62,000 nt of DNA from assembly GCA_951406725.2 (NCBI GenBank), contig OX597817.1, positions 87,874,001 through 87,936,000 on the forward strand, read 5' to 3'. The notes below the pieces were generated by a model that was given only the letters and a program-made list of their open reading frames with translations, did not search any database and had not been told where the DNA came from. The DNA is from Octopus vulgaris. Taxonomy: Eukaryota. Numbering within the stretch: position 1 is the first letter of the stretch; each line of letters begins with the position of its first letter. Of the stretch, positions 22,804 to 36,149 are shown one piece after another. The position numbers and the translations under genes are program-made.

Positions 22804-23969
22804 TATGTATACCTTTTAATATAGATTTACCTGAAGATATTAGTAATAAAATGCTCAGACTTAAATTAAACCTTACTAAACATCAAAAATATTGTGAGGT
22901 TTCAGTTTTGTCAATATGAGAAGAACTTATAAAATTTCACTTATTTCACTAAACAATTTGAAATCTAGAACAGTATTGAACATAAGTGAAAGAAGTAATA
23001 CACTCATGATTTACCCTCCTCTCTCTCTCTTTCTCCCTCTCTCCCTCTCATATGTCTATTTTCGAATATTTTATGATATACAAACATTTTCTAAAGTAGT
23101 TGCTTCCTGTTAGGAACTGCAATATTTATGATTTCCTCAAGCATTATCTGTAAAAGTGATGTGGAATATATGAGCTGTATACCACCTGTGTTGTTGATTT
23201 ACTTCCCTGAAGTTCTATATATTGCAATGCCTGATCTGTAGTGTAAAGTTACTGTTAACTGAGTTGATTGGCTGTTAAACTCATACTGACCAGTTAATGG
23301 GTCATTGTTAGTCTGTAACTCTATTCTATTTCTATAGTAAAACACTTAAATTTTGCTTGTTTAACTTGTGTGACTGTAAATAGGAACCATGAATAGGTAC
23401 ACTTTACCTACAACATGTTATGATTAAAAAGCGAGTTTAGTCAATACTTACAGCAGTGAGATTTTCTTACCTGGCTGTATCTATTACATTGTATAACATG
23501 ATTATTGTCTTTAGGTAGCAACTGTTACTTCCTATTTGCTTACCCCTAGAAAGTATGAAAAATGGCTAATATTTCCTTCAAACTTTGCTTTTGTTACATT
23601 TATACAAACCCTAAAGAATCCCTCCCAACATATGGCTATGATGCTCCCCCTCTACTGCTGCTCATGATCAGAGGTGCACATATTGTGTCAACTACTAAGG
23701 GACATGCTCAAATGATTACGGTCAAGCAACTGACAAGAAAATATGTAGTATTGGGCAGAATATTCTCTATAATGATATTTCTGCTTCAGCAATTCATCAC
23801 TGAATCTGTCTGAAATCTAATGGAAAATTGATCAGTTTCAAAACAGTGATGTCCAGGTGACAAATGCAAATTTTGAAGGGAATAGTAGTCATTTCCTTTG
23901 ATTTTGAGATAGAAGCAAATGGAAAATAATGCTTACTGATCAAAGACAAAAAATTTAAAATTTTGTTAC

Positions 23970-24460
23970 ACAATGTTATCAGCTAAGAAAATTGTGCTGT
24001 TTGAAAGATAGATGTGTTGGTCACAGACAAGGTAGTATGCAATAGCAGGGATGATCAGTTCATTGACTTTTTGGTTGCCTGATGTACTACCAACTTCACT
24101 AATTCCATTTATGCTATCTGGATATAATAGAGACAAAACTACTGAAGGAGTCACATTCAAATTATTGTGTCAGGCATCAGTTATGTGAGAAGGTGGAAGA
24201 TCTCCTACATCACCAAAATACAACTGTATAATCTGGCCTGTTTTACAGCACTGGAATGGATTTTGTGAAAAAGAGATAAAAGATAAAACTTCAATTCTTT
24301 CCACCTTGTCAGTGAGGAAGCAAAATTCAACATCAAATACATTACAGCTGACATTTCAACTTCAATACTATGGAGACTCTTCAGTGTCTAGATCATTCCT
24401 CAAATTGGATAATAAGAGTCACTGCTACCCTCACCATAATAGAGTACAGCAGAAATAAAT
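23970..24460 (+). mobile_element. Possible ancient LINE APE endonuclease remnant
   Basis: LTFWLPDVLPTSLIPFMLSGYNRDKTTEGV weakly resembles TETWL..LPGY..RRDR..GGGV. Confidence 0.2.
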
Positions 24461-25853
24461 GGTGTATAAAACCTGCCACTTGTCTGTCTTTGAAGAACAT
24501 AGCTACCACTCAACTTTTATATTTTTACTTGTTTCGGTCATTAGACTGCAGCCATGCTGGGGCACCACCTTGAGGAATTTTAGTCAAATTAATCGACCCC
24601 ATTACTTATTTTCTTTTATAAGCCTGGTACATATTCTCTTGGACTTTTGCCAAACTGCTAAGTTATGGGGATGTAAACACACCAACACCAGTTGTCAAGC
24701 AGTGGTAGGGAACAAGCAGCCACAAAGACACACACATATGCAACAGGCTTCTTTCAGTTTCCGTCTATCAAATCCATTCACAAGGCTCTGGTCAGCCTGA
24801 GGCTATAATGGAAGACACATGCCCAAAGTGCCACACAGTGGGATTGAACCCAAACTTCTTACCACACACCTATGCCTGCACCTAAGTTATATAACAACAC
24901 AATCACTTGATGAGGCTATGAGAAATAGCTAAACAATGGAAAACATGGTGTGGCATAACAGACCATATTGTCAGAAGTATTGAACAAGTGGATCTAAAGA
25001 CACAATTTTCAGTATTGAAAAAGTACTGAAAGGGAGGGGGAAAAAAAGAACCATGCCATGTCATAGGTGCAGGTGTGACTGTGGTAAGAAAAAAGTTTGT
25101 TTCTCATCCATGTCTTCAGGTAGTTTCACTGTATTGCACCTTGGGCCGGTGTCTTCTACTATAGCTTCAGGTTGAGCAAAGCCTTGTGTGTGGATTTGAT
25201 GAAAGGAAACCGAAGGAAACCTGTCATGTGTGTGTTTGTGTGTGTGTGTATGCATTTGTCCCCATAACTTAGCAGCTTGGCAAAAAGTGATTGATAGAAT
25301 AAGTGCTAGACTTCAAAAAAAATAAATAAAAAGTATGTGCTGGGAGTCAATTTATCTAAGTAAACTTTTCAGGGCAGTGCCCCAGCATGGCTGCAGTCCA
25401 ATGACTGAAACAATTAAAAGCTAAAAGATATCTTTTCTGTCTAACTTTCATCCTTTGACTTGATTATATCTATACTTTCTCCTGTAAAAGCTGGCTTTGT
25501 GCTTTATCAAACAATTATATTATTCCCTTAACCCTTTAGCATTCTGTCAAATCTAATACTTATTTATTCACATTGTTTTGAATTAACCATGCATTATGTC
25601 ATACCTTTAAGATTTCAATGATGTGATTGTTTATTTTTAGAAGGACATTGTGTGGTAGGTGTGATAGGCCAGATCCAACCAGTTTAAGCATAAAACAGAA
25701 TGTTTTAGCTGGATTTGGCTGGTTTCAATGCTAAATGGTTAATTTATTCAATTTATTTATTTATTCAGACTATTCAATATCCTAAAATGCAGAAATATTT
25801 TGATAATTTGAATTTTATTTTCATGACTCTATCCTGTTTTTCAATGTTTCCAG

Positions 25854-25986
25854 TTGGCAGTTGGTTCTTGAAGACAGCTTACTTAGTTTTGCCAATACTG
25901 CTCGAGGTGTTGCTCTCATCACAAAGGTTGAAGTTATCGATAAATGTGTAGCCAACATGAATGAACGTTTTCAGAAACAGCTTCAA
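25854..25986 (+). CDS. TBC1D32: TBC1D32 internal exon C (133 nt, phase 2 to 0)
   Basis: aatgtttccag|T TGG..CAA|gtaagg; WQLVLEDSLLSFANTARGVALITKVEVIDKCVANMNERFQKQLQ vs human [44 protein letters not shown]. Confidence 0.9.
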
Positions 25987-26369
25987 GTAAGGATAAAACA
26001 TTTTTCTTTTTTCTGTGACAAGGAATTCTAAATTAACAATAATGGATTTATATAGATTTCTGATTGCCAATTAATTTCTTGGATTAACTATTGATTATAT
26101 ACACTTTATGTCATATTTACATTTTGGACCATATTTTTATTACACAATCACAGACACACACAAACACACACACCAAGCTATAACTGCTTTACCTCTCAAT
26201 ATGAAAGTATCTAAATGCATCTGTAATGCAACTCTGTCTGACTGTCAATACCAGTATGTATGTATGCATGCATGCACGCATGTACGTACAGGATGAGATG
26301 GATAAATTGTTGCCATTTTATATTATTTATTTCATGCATGTGCATTGTTTGTCTTTGATTTCGTCGACT

Positions 26370-26740
26370 ACACAGTATGGTAGGGTCAGCCAACTGACCC
26401 TACTGTCCTGTGAGAAAAACAGTCCCATGATGCAATTCACTCTGACAGAAATTTGGAAATAACATGCTGTACTGCTTGGTATTCATGCTGGAAGCTCCAA
26501 TGTCAACATTTCAGAGTGTTTGGATAAAAAAATCAACCATCCAGTCAACATCATGGTGTTTGGAGTGATCACTAGTGATGGTGACGTTATACCTCCATTC
26601 GTCTTCCCACATGGCCTCAGACTCAACATGGAAGACTACATCAAGTGCCTGGAGGAGGTAGTGCTACCCTGGATCAAGAGGGTGGCTGCTGGAAGATCTT
26701 GTCTAGTAACAGGACTCTGCACCATGCCACATCTTTGCAT
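26370..26740 (+). mobile_element. Internally deleted Tc1/mariner (maT/DD37D-like) transposon; N-terminal fragment of a similar family at ~32815-33215
   Basis: MQFTLTEIWK*HAVLLGIHAGSSNVNISECL fused to KINHPVNIMVFGVITSDGDVIPPF..YIKCLEEVVLPWIKRVAAGR..QDSAPCH. Confidence 0.7.
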
Positions 26741-26789
26741 AATTTAGACAACAGTTATTGTGTAATTGAGACAACAGTATATGTATACA

Positions 26790-27052
26790 TAAAAGAACAC
26801 AAATGAGGTTTAAAATTTATGACAGCTGTTTCAGTAAAATGTTATTGATGTATTCATAGATTTCATCATAGAATATAATCTGTCATCTTCAGGTAAAATT
26901 TTGAAGAGGTTTTAGCAGGTGAAATAATATCTGTTGAAAATTTTACTTGAAGATGGTAGATTATGTTTTATGATGTAATTTATGAATACATCAATAAAAT
27001 TCTACCGAAACAGCTGTTGTAAATTTTAAACACCATTTGTGTCCTTTTTTTA
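26790..27052. repeat. ~115-bp inverted repeat; each arm carries a hammerhead-like motif
   Basis: Arms 26790-26905 and 26934-27052, roughly 80% identical by eye. + arm: AAAATTTTAC TTGAAGA T GGTAGA..TCTACC GAAAC AGCT GT T GTAAATTTT. Confidence 0.8.
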
Positions 27053-27233
27053 TACCAGCACAGCACCTAGAACCAGCCTTGAGTGGGATCTGCAGTTTAA
27101 ATTGAATTTGGTACTTATATATTTGCTGCATTTTGCTAACAGATTCCTTCATGGTTGTTTTACCTCACTGTAAAGCCATTTCAGAGGTCCTATGCTGTTC
27201 ATGTGCCTAGATTTTAATGAATCCTATAACTAA

Positions 27234-27325
<92 letters not shown>

Positions 27326-27428
27326 TGTGTGTAGGGGTTGCAAGTATACTTAGAATATATACACATACACACATGTATATATGTGTTTGCAAATAATATG
27401 AGTCCATGTAAACAGATGTAGCCATATA

Positions 27429-28666
27429 CAAAGGAGTACACAAAGGAAACTGAAATTTTGCCATGTTATTTTATTCATTTGTTTTATATATTTATACTTT
27501 TACTGCCTTCAAAGTATTCTCCATTTGAAGCCATACATTGGTCCAGATGCATTTTCCTTTGTTTGAAGCAGTCCTGGAACTCTTGTGAAGTGATGCCTTT
27601 TAATGCTTCTGTTGATTTTTCTTCACCTCTTCCACATCTGCAAAACATTTTGCCTTAAGGACATTTTTCATTCAGGGGAACAAAAAAGACACAGGGAGAA
27701 AAATCAGGTAAATAGGGAAGGTGGGTAAGCATGGTCATGCCACTTTTGGTCAAAAACTGTCTCATACTCAAGGCAGTGTATACAGGTACATTGTCTTGAT
27801 GGAACCACCACTCACCATCTTGCCACCGGCTGTGACATTTTCATCTTACTGTATCTCACAAATGCTTCAGAATTGCCAAGTAAAATATCTGGTTAACAGT
27901 TTGACCAGTAGGAACAAATTCTGTGTGGACAATTCCTTTCACATCAATGAAACAAATCAGCTTCATCTTGACATTGGACTTCACTTTTTGGGGGTGTGGT
28001 AACATCAATTGCTTCCATTGACTTGATTGCTGCTTCATTTCCAGGTTGTAACCATAGCACCAGTGATGACCTTCGAAAAAAGGTTTGGATCAACTACCAA
28101 CTGTTCTTTCATTTCACAACACACATTCAGTTGTGACTGCTTTTGATCTTCCGTGAGCAAGTGAGGTACAAATGTTTCACAATTCCTCACACAAAATTTG
28201 TTGGCAGGAGCTCCAGGACACACCAGTCATATCAACAAGTTTGTCAGTTGTTTGGTAACAGTCCTCCAAGATCAGTTCATGAATTTTTGTGATGTTTTCA
28301 TTCGTTCAAGAGGTCAACGGTTACCCTGAATGAAGTTGGTCTTCAAGCAATAAATAACCATTCCGAAAGCATGAAAACCACTTGTAAACATGTGTTTTGC
28401 TTATGGCAGCATCCTTTTCCCTGACAGAAAACATAATTTCACAGAAGTATGCTGTTCCTTTGTTTCATCCATCACAAAAATCAAGAAACTGGGGTGAAGC
28501 TCTGCAAAACAAAGACTCACAACATGGTAGTACGACTTCAGTGGATAACACTAGTTTGCAGACTGATGCCTGAGGGTCGTATCAAGTGGATTCTAGTGGC
28601 AGAAACCTAAACTACAGTGGGCTTGTCTTACAGAGATGTTTCAGGTTATTTTTGGGTAGCCTCTCA
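27429..28666 (-). mobile_element. Decayed near-full-length mariner (~1.24 kb)
   Basis: VPHLLTEDQK..SKVITG; KVKSNVKMKLICFIDVKGIVHTEFVPTGQTVNQIFYLAIL; degenerate TIRs with TA at both ends. Confidence 0.8.
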
Positions 28667-28887
28667 TACTTTCATTTTTGCACACACAGCAACCCTGGTC
28701 ACCTACTGTGCAATATAAAAATAACATTTTTCAACTTATCATACTTCAAAATGAAAAAATCCACAACCTTCCATTTCAATAAACCACTATTGTCCCTGAA
28801 AGTATTTTTTAAAATTTACTACAGACTAATTGGAGCTAACTTTCTTTCTGCACCTCAGTCCCTGGATCTTACGTTTATATATGTATG

Positions 28888-28938
<51 letters not shown>

Positions 28939-29079
28939 TGTGTGTGTTAATTTTAATCTTAAAGTATAGGAAAAATCATCCAGTCTCCAGACTTATCATG
29001 ACAGGTTGTATTTTTCATTGAGTTTTATCATCAATGTTCCTTAGTCATTTTTTTATTATGGAACTGTTTACTTCAACAG

Positions 29080-29167
29080 GTCAGCAAATTTGAAAGGTTT
29101 GGCTATGGCACAATGGTCAGTAAACTTGCTGCAGCTGCACCTGGAATAACAGCTCTAAATAATACAG
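29080..29167 (+). CDS. TBC1D32: TBC1D32 internal exon D (88 nt, phase 0 to 1)
   Basis: cttcaacag|GTC..ACA G|gtaaat; VSKFERFGYGTMVSKLAAAAPGITALNNTG vs human [30 protein letters not shown]. Confidence 0.93.
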
Positions 29168-29175
29168 GTAAATCA

Positions 29176-29760
29176 TCATCATCTCCATTTTAACATCCAC
29201 CTTCCCATGTTGGCACAGGTCAGACTAAACACTTCAAACATCTGATTGTCTCTCATCACGATCATTATCCTTTAATATCTGTTTTCTAAGCTGGCATGGG
29301 TTGGACAGTTTGACCAGAGCTGGCAAGCAGGAGAGCTGCATCAGGTGCTAGTCTGATTTGGTGTGGTTTATATAGCTGAATGCCCTTCCTAATGACAACC
29401 ACTTTACAGTGTGTGCTGGGTGTTTTTAATGTGACACTGACACGAGTGCTCATATGCGGTGCCAGCACAAATGCTTTTCATGCAGCACTTGCACAGAGCT
29501 CTTGCAAACCAATCCTCTTCATCAAGGGAAGCAGCATTAATGCTTCTGCTGTGGAGGATGGGTTTTCTTGAGTACAGCAAGGTGCCAGATATATCGGTCC
29601 TTTGTCATCTCCTCCATAAGGTTCAGCATCCTGAGGTCGTCTTTCAGTATTTTGTCCCCTGGATCTCCCTCTTCCATGAGTTCCATCCACTTCGAGTGAT
29701 CAGCACTGTTTTATGGAGGTCGTTAATTGCCTTTAATGTATTGTTCTAAATAAATTCTGA
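29176..29760 (-). mobile_element. RTE LINE 3' end with S2-type tail (a + strand equivalent is at ~45645-46035)
   Basis: ..DKILKDDLRMLNLMEEMTKDR.., then a 3' UTR shared with S2 SINEs and a (GAT)n tail. Confidence 0.65.
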
Positions 29761-30249
29761 TTCAACACTTACAAGCAAATAAGGGTAGCTCATTATACAT
29801 ATATGGATGCAATACTTGGACATGTCATCAGTATTGTATCCAGAATCACAGTGTTTCAGGTCCTACATCATACACCCTCATCCATGCCACTTGACCAAGG
29901 TTGATCAAGCATAGACCTGTGTATAAGTATCATTTTACTCAACCCAGTCAAATGCTGCTTGTGGAAACTCCAACTCTAGATAGTCATTATAAGCAAATAA
30001 TCTATCAGAGTCTAAACAGGAGCACATAGCCTTGTGTTGTTGTGTGGTAATTCCTGTCTAACTTAGACCAGCATTATAGAATAAACGTAGATTTGATGAC
30101 AACAGCAACAGTAATGGCAGTGAAAGAAAATGAATCTTAACTAGATTCAGTGTATTTTTTTATCACTTCATCAGAGATCAGTAATTCATTTTCCTACTCT
30201 CAGAGAGAATAGTAGATTATAGTTATATAAATATGTAAAGCTGTGTAGA

Positions 30250-30280
<31 letters not shown>

Positions 30281-30331
30281 TTTGGAGATGCAAACTAGAA
30301 AAATAGAACTCAAAACATAAGTATTTGTATA

Positions 30332-30420
30332 TTTTTTATTAATATTTGGTGGAAATAACAGAGTTCCGTTTCGTGGGCCTTGAGGCATTCTGTTACTTCT
30401 TCCAAATATTAATTAAAAAA
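30332..30420. other. Pre-miRNA-shaped hairpin
   Basis: 30338-30367 pairs with 30384-30413 (3 mismatches, 2 G-U), 16-nt loop, extended by an A/T basal stem. Confidence 0.5.
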
Positions 30421-31179
30421 ATATATATATTTATATATTGCTATATACAATATATATAGTATAAATTGCTATATATATATATATATAAAATCTATAATAT
30501 ATATAGTAGATTATGCTATATATAGTGAAATGTGGTTGGAGATTTCTAGGTTGGTGTTATATAAACAGAGAATTGGTAAAATGCACAATAACATTAAGAG
30601 ATTTACTATAATCTTTCCAGGCAAATTAAAGAGACAAAAATAAGTGTAATATTTCATTTAAATATATTGGATTTTTTTAAACTTACACATAACTGGTTTC
30701 ATCAGTTTAAGTGTGGATTTATCAAATGAATATAGTTATAGTGGTTGGATTATATATGACTGAAATTTTTGAAGCTGGGCAGAGAAGTAGGGTACCAGGT
30801 TACAAGACAAATAACGAAAGGATATGGTTCTTAACCAGTTATGTAAAGAATGTTGAGTTAAGAATTTAAGTGACAAGTTAGAATTTTTAAACAAACTACT
30901 GTCCTATAGATGGTAGGCAGATATATTGAAGGAATCAGATTGATAGTTAAATTACACCTTTTGCATATACGTTGAAGAGATTACTTCAACATTGTATTCA
31001 GGTATGTCATAAGTATTTAAGTGCTTACTTTACACATGCACACACATATTAACTTGCATACATACTTAGGTTAATGATATATATATCCAAACAGTATATG
31101 AATATGCATGTGCATGTCGAGGTAAGCATATCCAAATTGCCCTTAGCTCAGGGAATTTCTTTGTCAGTCTTTCAAGCAG

Positions 31180-32085
31180 ACTTTATACTTCAGAAAATTG
31201 TTTTTCTTCGTTTATTCATTGTTGTTCCATGGTAGAGTCCAAGCATTTATAACATTGGAAATATTTTAAAATTTGGTGGTTCTATTTCAGCACATGGTGC
31301 TATATGTCCACTTAACCAGATTTTCCTAGTTTTCTTTTCGTTATTTGTTGCTGGTGCATCATCAATCTTCTGCAGAGTGATAAACCTGTCCTGTCTGATG
31401 TAGTTATGCAAGCATTCCCAGCATGTTATGGCATAAATTAAATTTTGAGAGTTGCAAGTGAAATTTTCTTTTATTTGGAAGATTTGTCCATCCTTAAATT
31501 TCAGTTCCAAACCTTCAGTTAAGTACAGACATGTACAACAGTTCGGTCTACCACATTTGATAACCCTAGGGTTGGGTACTCATTTGAAAATATTTACTGA
31601 AGTTAGAATGTTCTTCAAAGTCTTTGGTTGCCTTTTGCTTTTGATGATAAGTTAATTCTCTAGGATTTTTCCAAGCAGAATAGGTATGTTGTTTTGTAAA
31701 TAAATATTTGATTACTTTTTATGTTAAAAATAGAGACGTAAAGTAAAACACCGGGTGGAGGGCTTTACTTCTTATTTTTCTGGGGGTATAGGGATCTAAG
31801 CATTTTGTCCTTTCTGTACCACTTACAATAAGACTGAGTGGAAACACTCTTTGAATTTATCCAGTTCTTCTAATCTTTGATCATGTATTGTAATGTTTGA
31901 TACAATTGTGCCTATACTTTTTGCTAAGTTTTAGAATGGCAGTATATGAAAAGAAAGTACAGTTTGTAATCCATGAGTTTGTAGTAGATATCTGTTTCTA
32001 TTTTTATTTATTTATTCATGATTAAAATGGCTAGAAATGGTAGTTCCTTCTGCCTGAATTCCATCATATACTAAAAATTGGTGGA
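31180..32085 (-). mobile_element. Decayed Penelope-like element (RT thumb to GIY-YIG)
   Basis: KCGRPNCCTCLYL..KENFTCNSQNLIYAITCWECLHNYI..KIFPM. Confidence 0.75.
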
Positions 32086-33328
32086 AGGGGACAAATACAG
32101 ATACACATACACATGCATGCACACGCACACACATACACACACACACACACACACGACAGGTTTCTTTCAGTTTCTACCTACCAAATCCATTCACAAGGCT
32201 TCAATCAGTCTAAGGCTATAGTAGAAGACACTTGCTCAAGGTGTCATGCAGTGGGACTGAACCTGGAACTATGTGGTTAGGAAGTTTGCTTCTTACCACA
32301 CAGTCATACATGTGCTATGCCATGTGTGTGTGTGTGTGTGTGTGTGTGTAAAGATAGTTGTATTTTACAGATTTAATGTTTCAGCAAAGAATTTTGTTTT
32401 TTTATAATTCATTAGCTCCTCTCAAGTACTGAGTTAATGAATGCAGAGTTTCTTTCCTAAAAAATTAAATATGTAAAATATAACTATTTGTTCTACATTT
32501 ATATTTAACTTGTATAGAGTTTTCTTTGGATTTCTGCTGTCTTTGATTTTTGATTCAAGAATTTTCCTTCTTATAAAGGTACTGACAGACACATAAATGT
32601 ATATAAATATATACATACATACATATATGTATGTGTGTGTATACACATACACACTATGCAGTATTAAAATTGTGGGCTGCTGGATGCAATATAAACCATA
32701 TAGGCAAAATTTAGTTGTCACTAATTGTGACTGTATGTGCTCAAGCATGTATGTGCTAGAAATAAGAGTTAAACCACTTATAGTTGTGTAAAAGTACATT
32801 TATATATATACTGACAGGGTAGACAACTGCCCCATGAATGAAGCAAGGTTAGAACACTGACCTGCACAGTTTCATCCTAATGGGAATTGTCAACAGTGTG
32901 CCTCTATTGCTTCCACGAGACAGCTAATTCTCCCTGTCAGTATATGTATTTGCCATATATAATTGGTTTTGTGTTAAGTTATAGGGAAAATGTGAAAACC
33001 TCTGCTAGGGACTGGTTGTGTTTGGCCCAAGAAAGAGACATTCTCAATGATCAGACATTGTCAGGATGGCCAAATTTATCCAACAGGTTCAGAACATCAT
33101 TAACAATAACCCCAGTAGGTCATCGAGAATCATTGTTAAGTAACTCAGTGATAAAGTGCACTTTAAGCTGTGTGGTGCATAAGGACATCAGATGAAACTC
33201 ATAAAGGGATCAGTGTATGTGTATGGTTCCAAGGTAGGTGTGGATTCTTGCACAAGCACTTAGCTCTGACTGCACTACTTCTTGTAGCAGAAACAACTGT
33301 AAGCTAATGAAATTGATTATATAATTCC

Positions 33329-33538
33329 TGTAGGTATCATCTGACTACAAATAGGTACCATCTAGCTGCAAATAGATATCATTTAACTGCAAATAGGTAC
33401 CATCTGATTACAAATGGGTACCATCTGATTACAAATAGGTACCATTTTGCTATAAATAGATACAAACTATCTGCAAATAGATACCATGTAACTACAAATA
33501 TATATCATGTAGCTATAAATAGGTACCATCTTGCTACA
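33329..33538 (+). repeat. 21-bp minisatellite, about 10 units
   Basis: Consensus AAATAGGTACCATCTGACTAC. Confidence 0.85.
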
Positions 33539-34834
33539 ACCCTAATACTTCTAACTACAAATAAGTGCCATTGTGCAAATAAATGCCATTAGTGCTACTG
33601 CACGCTGCTGTGTATAGTAGAGAACTGTGAATTTGATAGCTGTTTGGTTAGCTGAATTACTGAGTTCAAATCTTTCGACAAGTACTGACTTGGTTTTAGC
33701 TACCCCATCTGAAAAGTCTTTAAGTATTATTTCTCCTGCAACCCAGCTTAACAAATTGTACATCAATCAATCACCAACAGTATTGAGAGAGAGAGAGAGA
33801 GAGAGAGGACAATGATATTGTCAGTTTCAGCCATTTAATCTGGATAGTCAAAGCACAATGAATATAAGTTGCATTAGCTACAACAATCAGTATCATATTA
33901 ATTATTCTATATCCAGAGGATAAATATTAATCTAATCTCAAATTTCTGTATCTCATTATATAATTAATGATTGTCGTCAACATGAAATTGCATAGTGTAA
34001 TTGAAGATACTAGCCAGGGCTGAGTAAATGCAGTTTCAATGCCAACTTATCAATATGGTTACTTAATAATATATAGTAAATTTTAACTACGTAATCACTT
34101 GTTTCATCTCTTTCACAATAAACCACATGATTTATGTATATGATTATTTCTTTAGAACAAGTATTTGGTTCGATGAAGCCTTACAGAAATTAGATGACCA
34201 TATAATGTGATTATTTGATACTAGTCTATAGTACTTCCAACTGCTTTATGTTGGTGTATGAGTGAGAAGAAGGTGGAGGTTGTGTTACACTAAATATTTA
34301 TGAGCACTAAATAAATCTTTTCCTCATTATTCCAAAATCATTAGTAATAATCAGGCATAACTGTGTGATTAGAAGTTTGCATCCCAGCCACATGGGCCTG
34401 GGTTCAGACCCACTACATGGCACCATCATCAAAATGTCTTCTGTTATAACCCTGGACCAACTAAGGCCTTGTGAGTGGACTTGGAAGACAGAAAACGAAA
34501 GAAGCCTGTCATATGGTTCAGTGGTTAGAATGTCGAGCTCACCATCATGAGGCAGTGAGTTTGATTCCCAGACCAGGCTGTGTGTTGTGTTCTTGAGCAA
34601 GACACTTTATTTCATGTTGCTTGAGTCCACTCAGCTGTAGAAATGAGTTGCAGCATCACTGGTGTCAAGCTGTATTGGCCTTTGCCTTTCCCTTAGATAA
34701 CATTAGTGGTGTGGAGAGGGGAAGCTGGTATGCATGGGTGACCGCTGGTCTGCCATAAACAACTTTCTAGGTGCAATCCCATGGTCATTTATGATCAAAG
34801 GGAGTCAGGGAATCTTTACCCAAATATATGTATA

Positions 34835-36090
34835 TTAGGTTGGCAACTAAATTCCCGCCATTTTTTAAATTTAAATTTTTTAAAAGGTTTAATAAAAATA
34901 ATAACTAATTAATCAATAATGTATTCATCCTGGTTGTTTACAACTTCTTCCCAACGTTCAACAAGATTTTCAATACCTCGTTGGTAGAAATCACCCAATT
35001 TTGACTCGAAAAATTGATCCAACCAAGCTCTCAATTCTGCATCAGTATTGAATGAAACTCCACGCATAGCATTTCAAAGAGATTGAAAGAGGTGGAAATC
35101 CATTGGTGCCAAATCAGGAGAGTACGGTAGGTGTGGCAGCACTTCTCAGCCATGTGTTTGAGTGGCTTCCTTGGTCATATTGGCAATATGAGGGTGGGCG
35201 TTGTCATGCAGCAGAAGAACTCCATGCTGGCGATTAGGTCTTCTCTCTTGAATAACCATGTTGAGTCATTCCATCTGTTGAACATAGAGTTCTGCATTGA
35301 CCGTTTGGTTCCATTCAAACAATTCATAATGGATAATCCCTTCCCAGTCCCACCATATGCACAACATCATTATGCGAATGAAGATCATGTTTCATGTGCG
35401 GTGTCACTTGTTTACTGGGGCTAAGCCATTCCTTACGCTGCTTCATATTGATGTACAAGCACCATTTTTCATTGCCAGTAACAATTCGGTAAAGAAATCA
35501 TTGCTTGTGTCCATGAGTTGAGTGGTGACGAGCAAGCAAACCAGCAGAGATTGTGGCTCATTGATTTTTGTTGTTGTCACTTAAAGCAAGCAGGACCCAT
35601 GCTCCATACTTCTGAACCTTTCCCATCGAGTGAAGATGCTTCTCTATAGCAGTGTGGGAGCATTCTATTTTCTCTGCTAGTTCCCTTGTCATTTGATGAG
35701 AATTTTCATGCAAAAGTTGGTTTAATCGCTCTTCATTGAACTCAAGTGAACGACCAGAACAAGGTGTGTTTTTGAACTTGGCATACCAATCACAGCTATG
35801 GCACCCTCTCCATATACAACGCAAATGCCACGAGCAGCTTTTGCGGCCTTAGAACCTTGATTAAAAACAAAGCAGAGGAGGTCTCGAAAATGCTCATTTT
35901 TCTTAACTTGACATTCCATTTTAATGATCTGAAAATAAATAAAAATTAACTAAAATTAACCAGAATAAAAAACAAAATAAATTCAAAAATGATTCAAAAA
36001 TAGAATTCTCAAAAAAAATAGATTAAAATTTAAAAACGCAATAAATTCCAAAATTTAAAAAAACAGCGGGGACTTAGTTGCCAGTCCATG
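34835..36090 (-). mobile_element. Decayed near-full-length mariner (~1.25 kb)
   Basis: TIRs ttaggttggcaactaaattcccgcc / gcggggacttagttgccagt; MECQVKKNEHFR..SKAAKAARGIC; CSGRSLEFNEERL..TRELAEKI..KVQKYGAWV. Confidence 0.85.
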
Positions 36091-36149
36091 TATGTATGTA
36101 TCCAGGCATGTATGTATATGTGTGTGTGTGCATGCGTTACTGTCTCCTT

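Noticed and set aside
23820-23850. tgatcagtttcaaaacagtgatgtc, faintly like the bantam star strand
   Set aside because: Too many differences and no partner arm forming a hairpin.
26380-26403. Perfect 10-bp hairpin GTAGGGTCAG-ccaa-CTGACCCTAC
   Set aside because: Too short for a pre-miRNA and lies at the 5' end of the Tc1/maT remnant.
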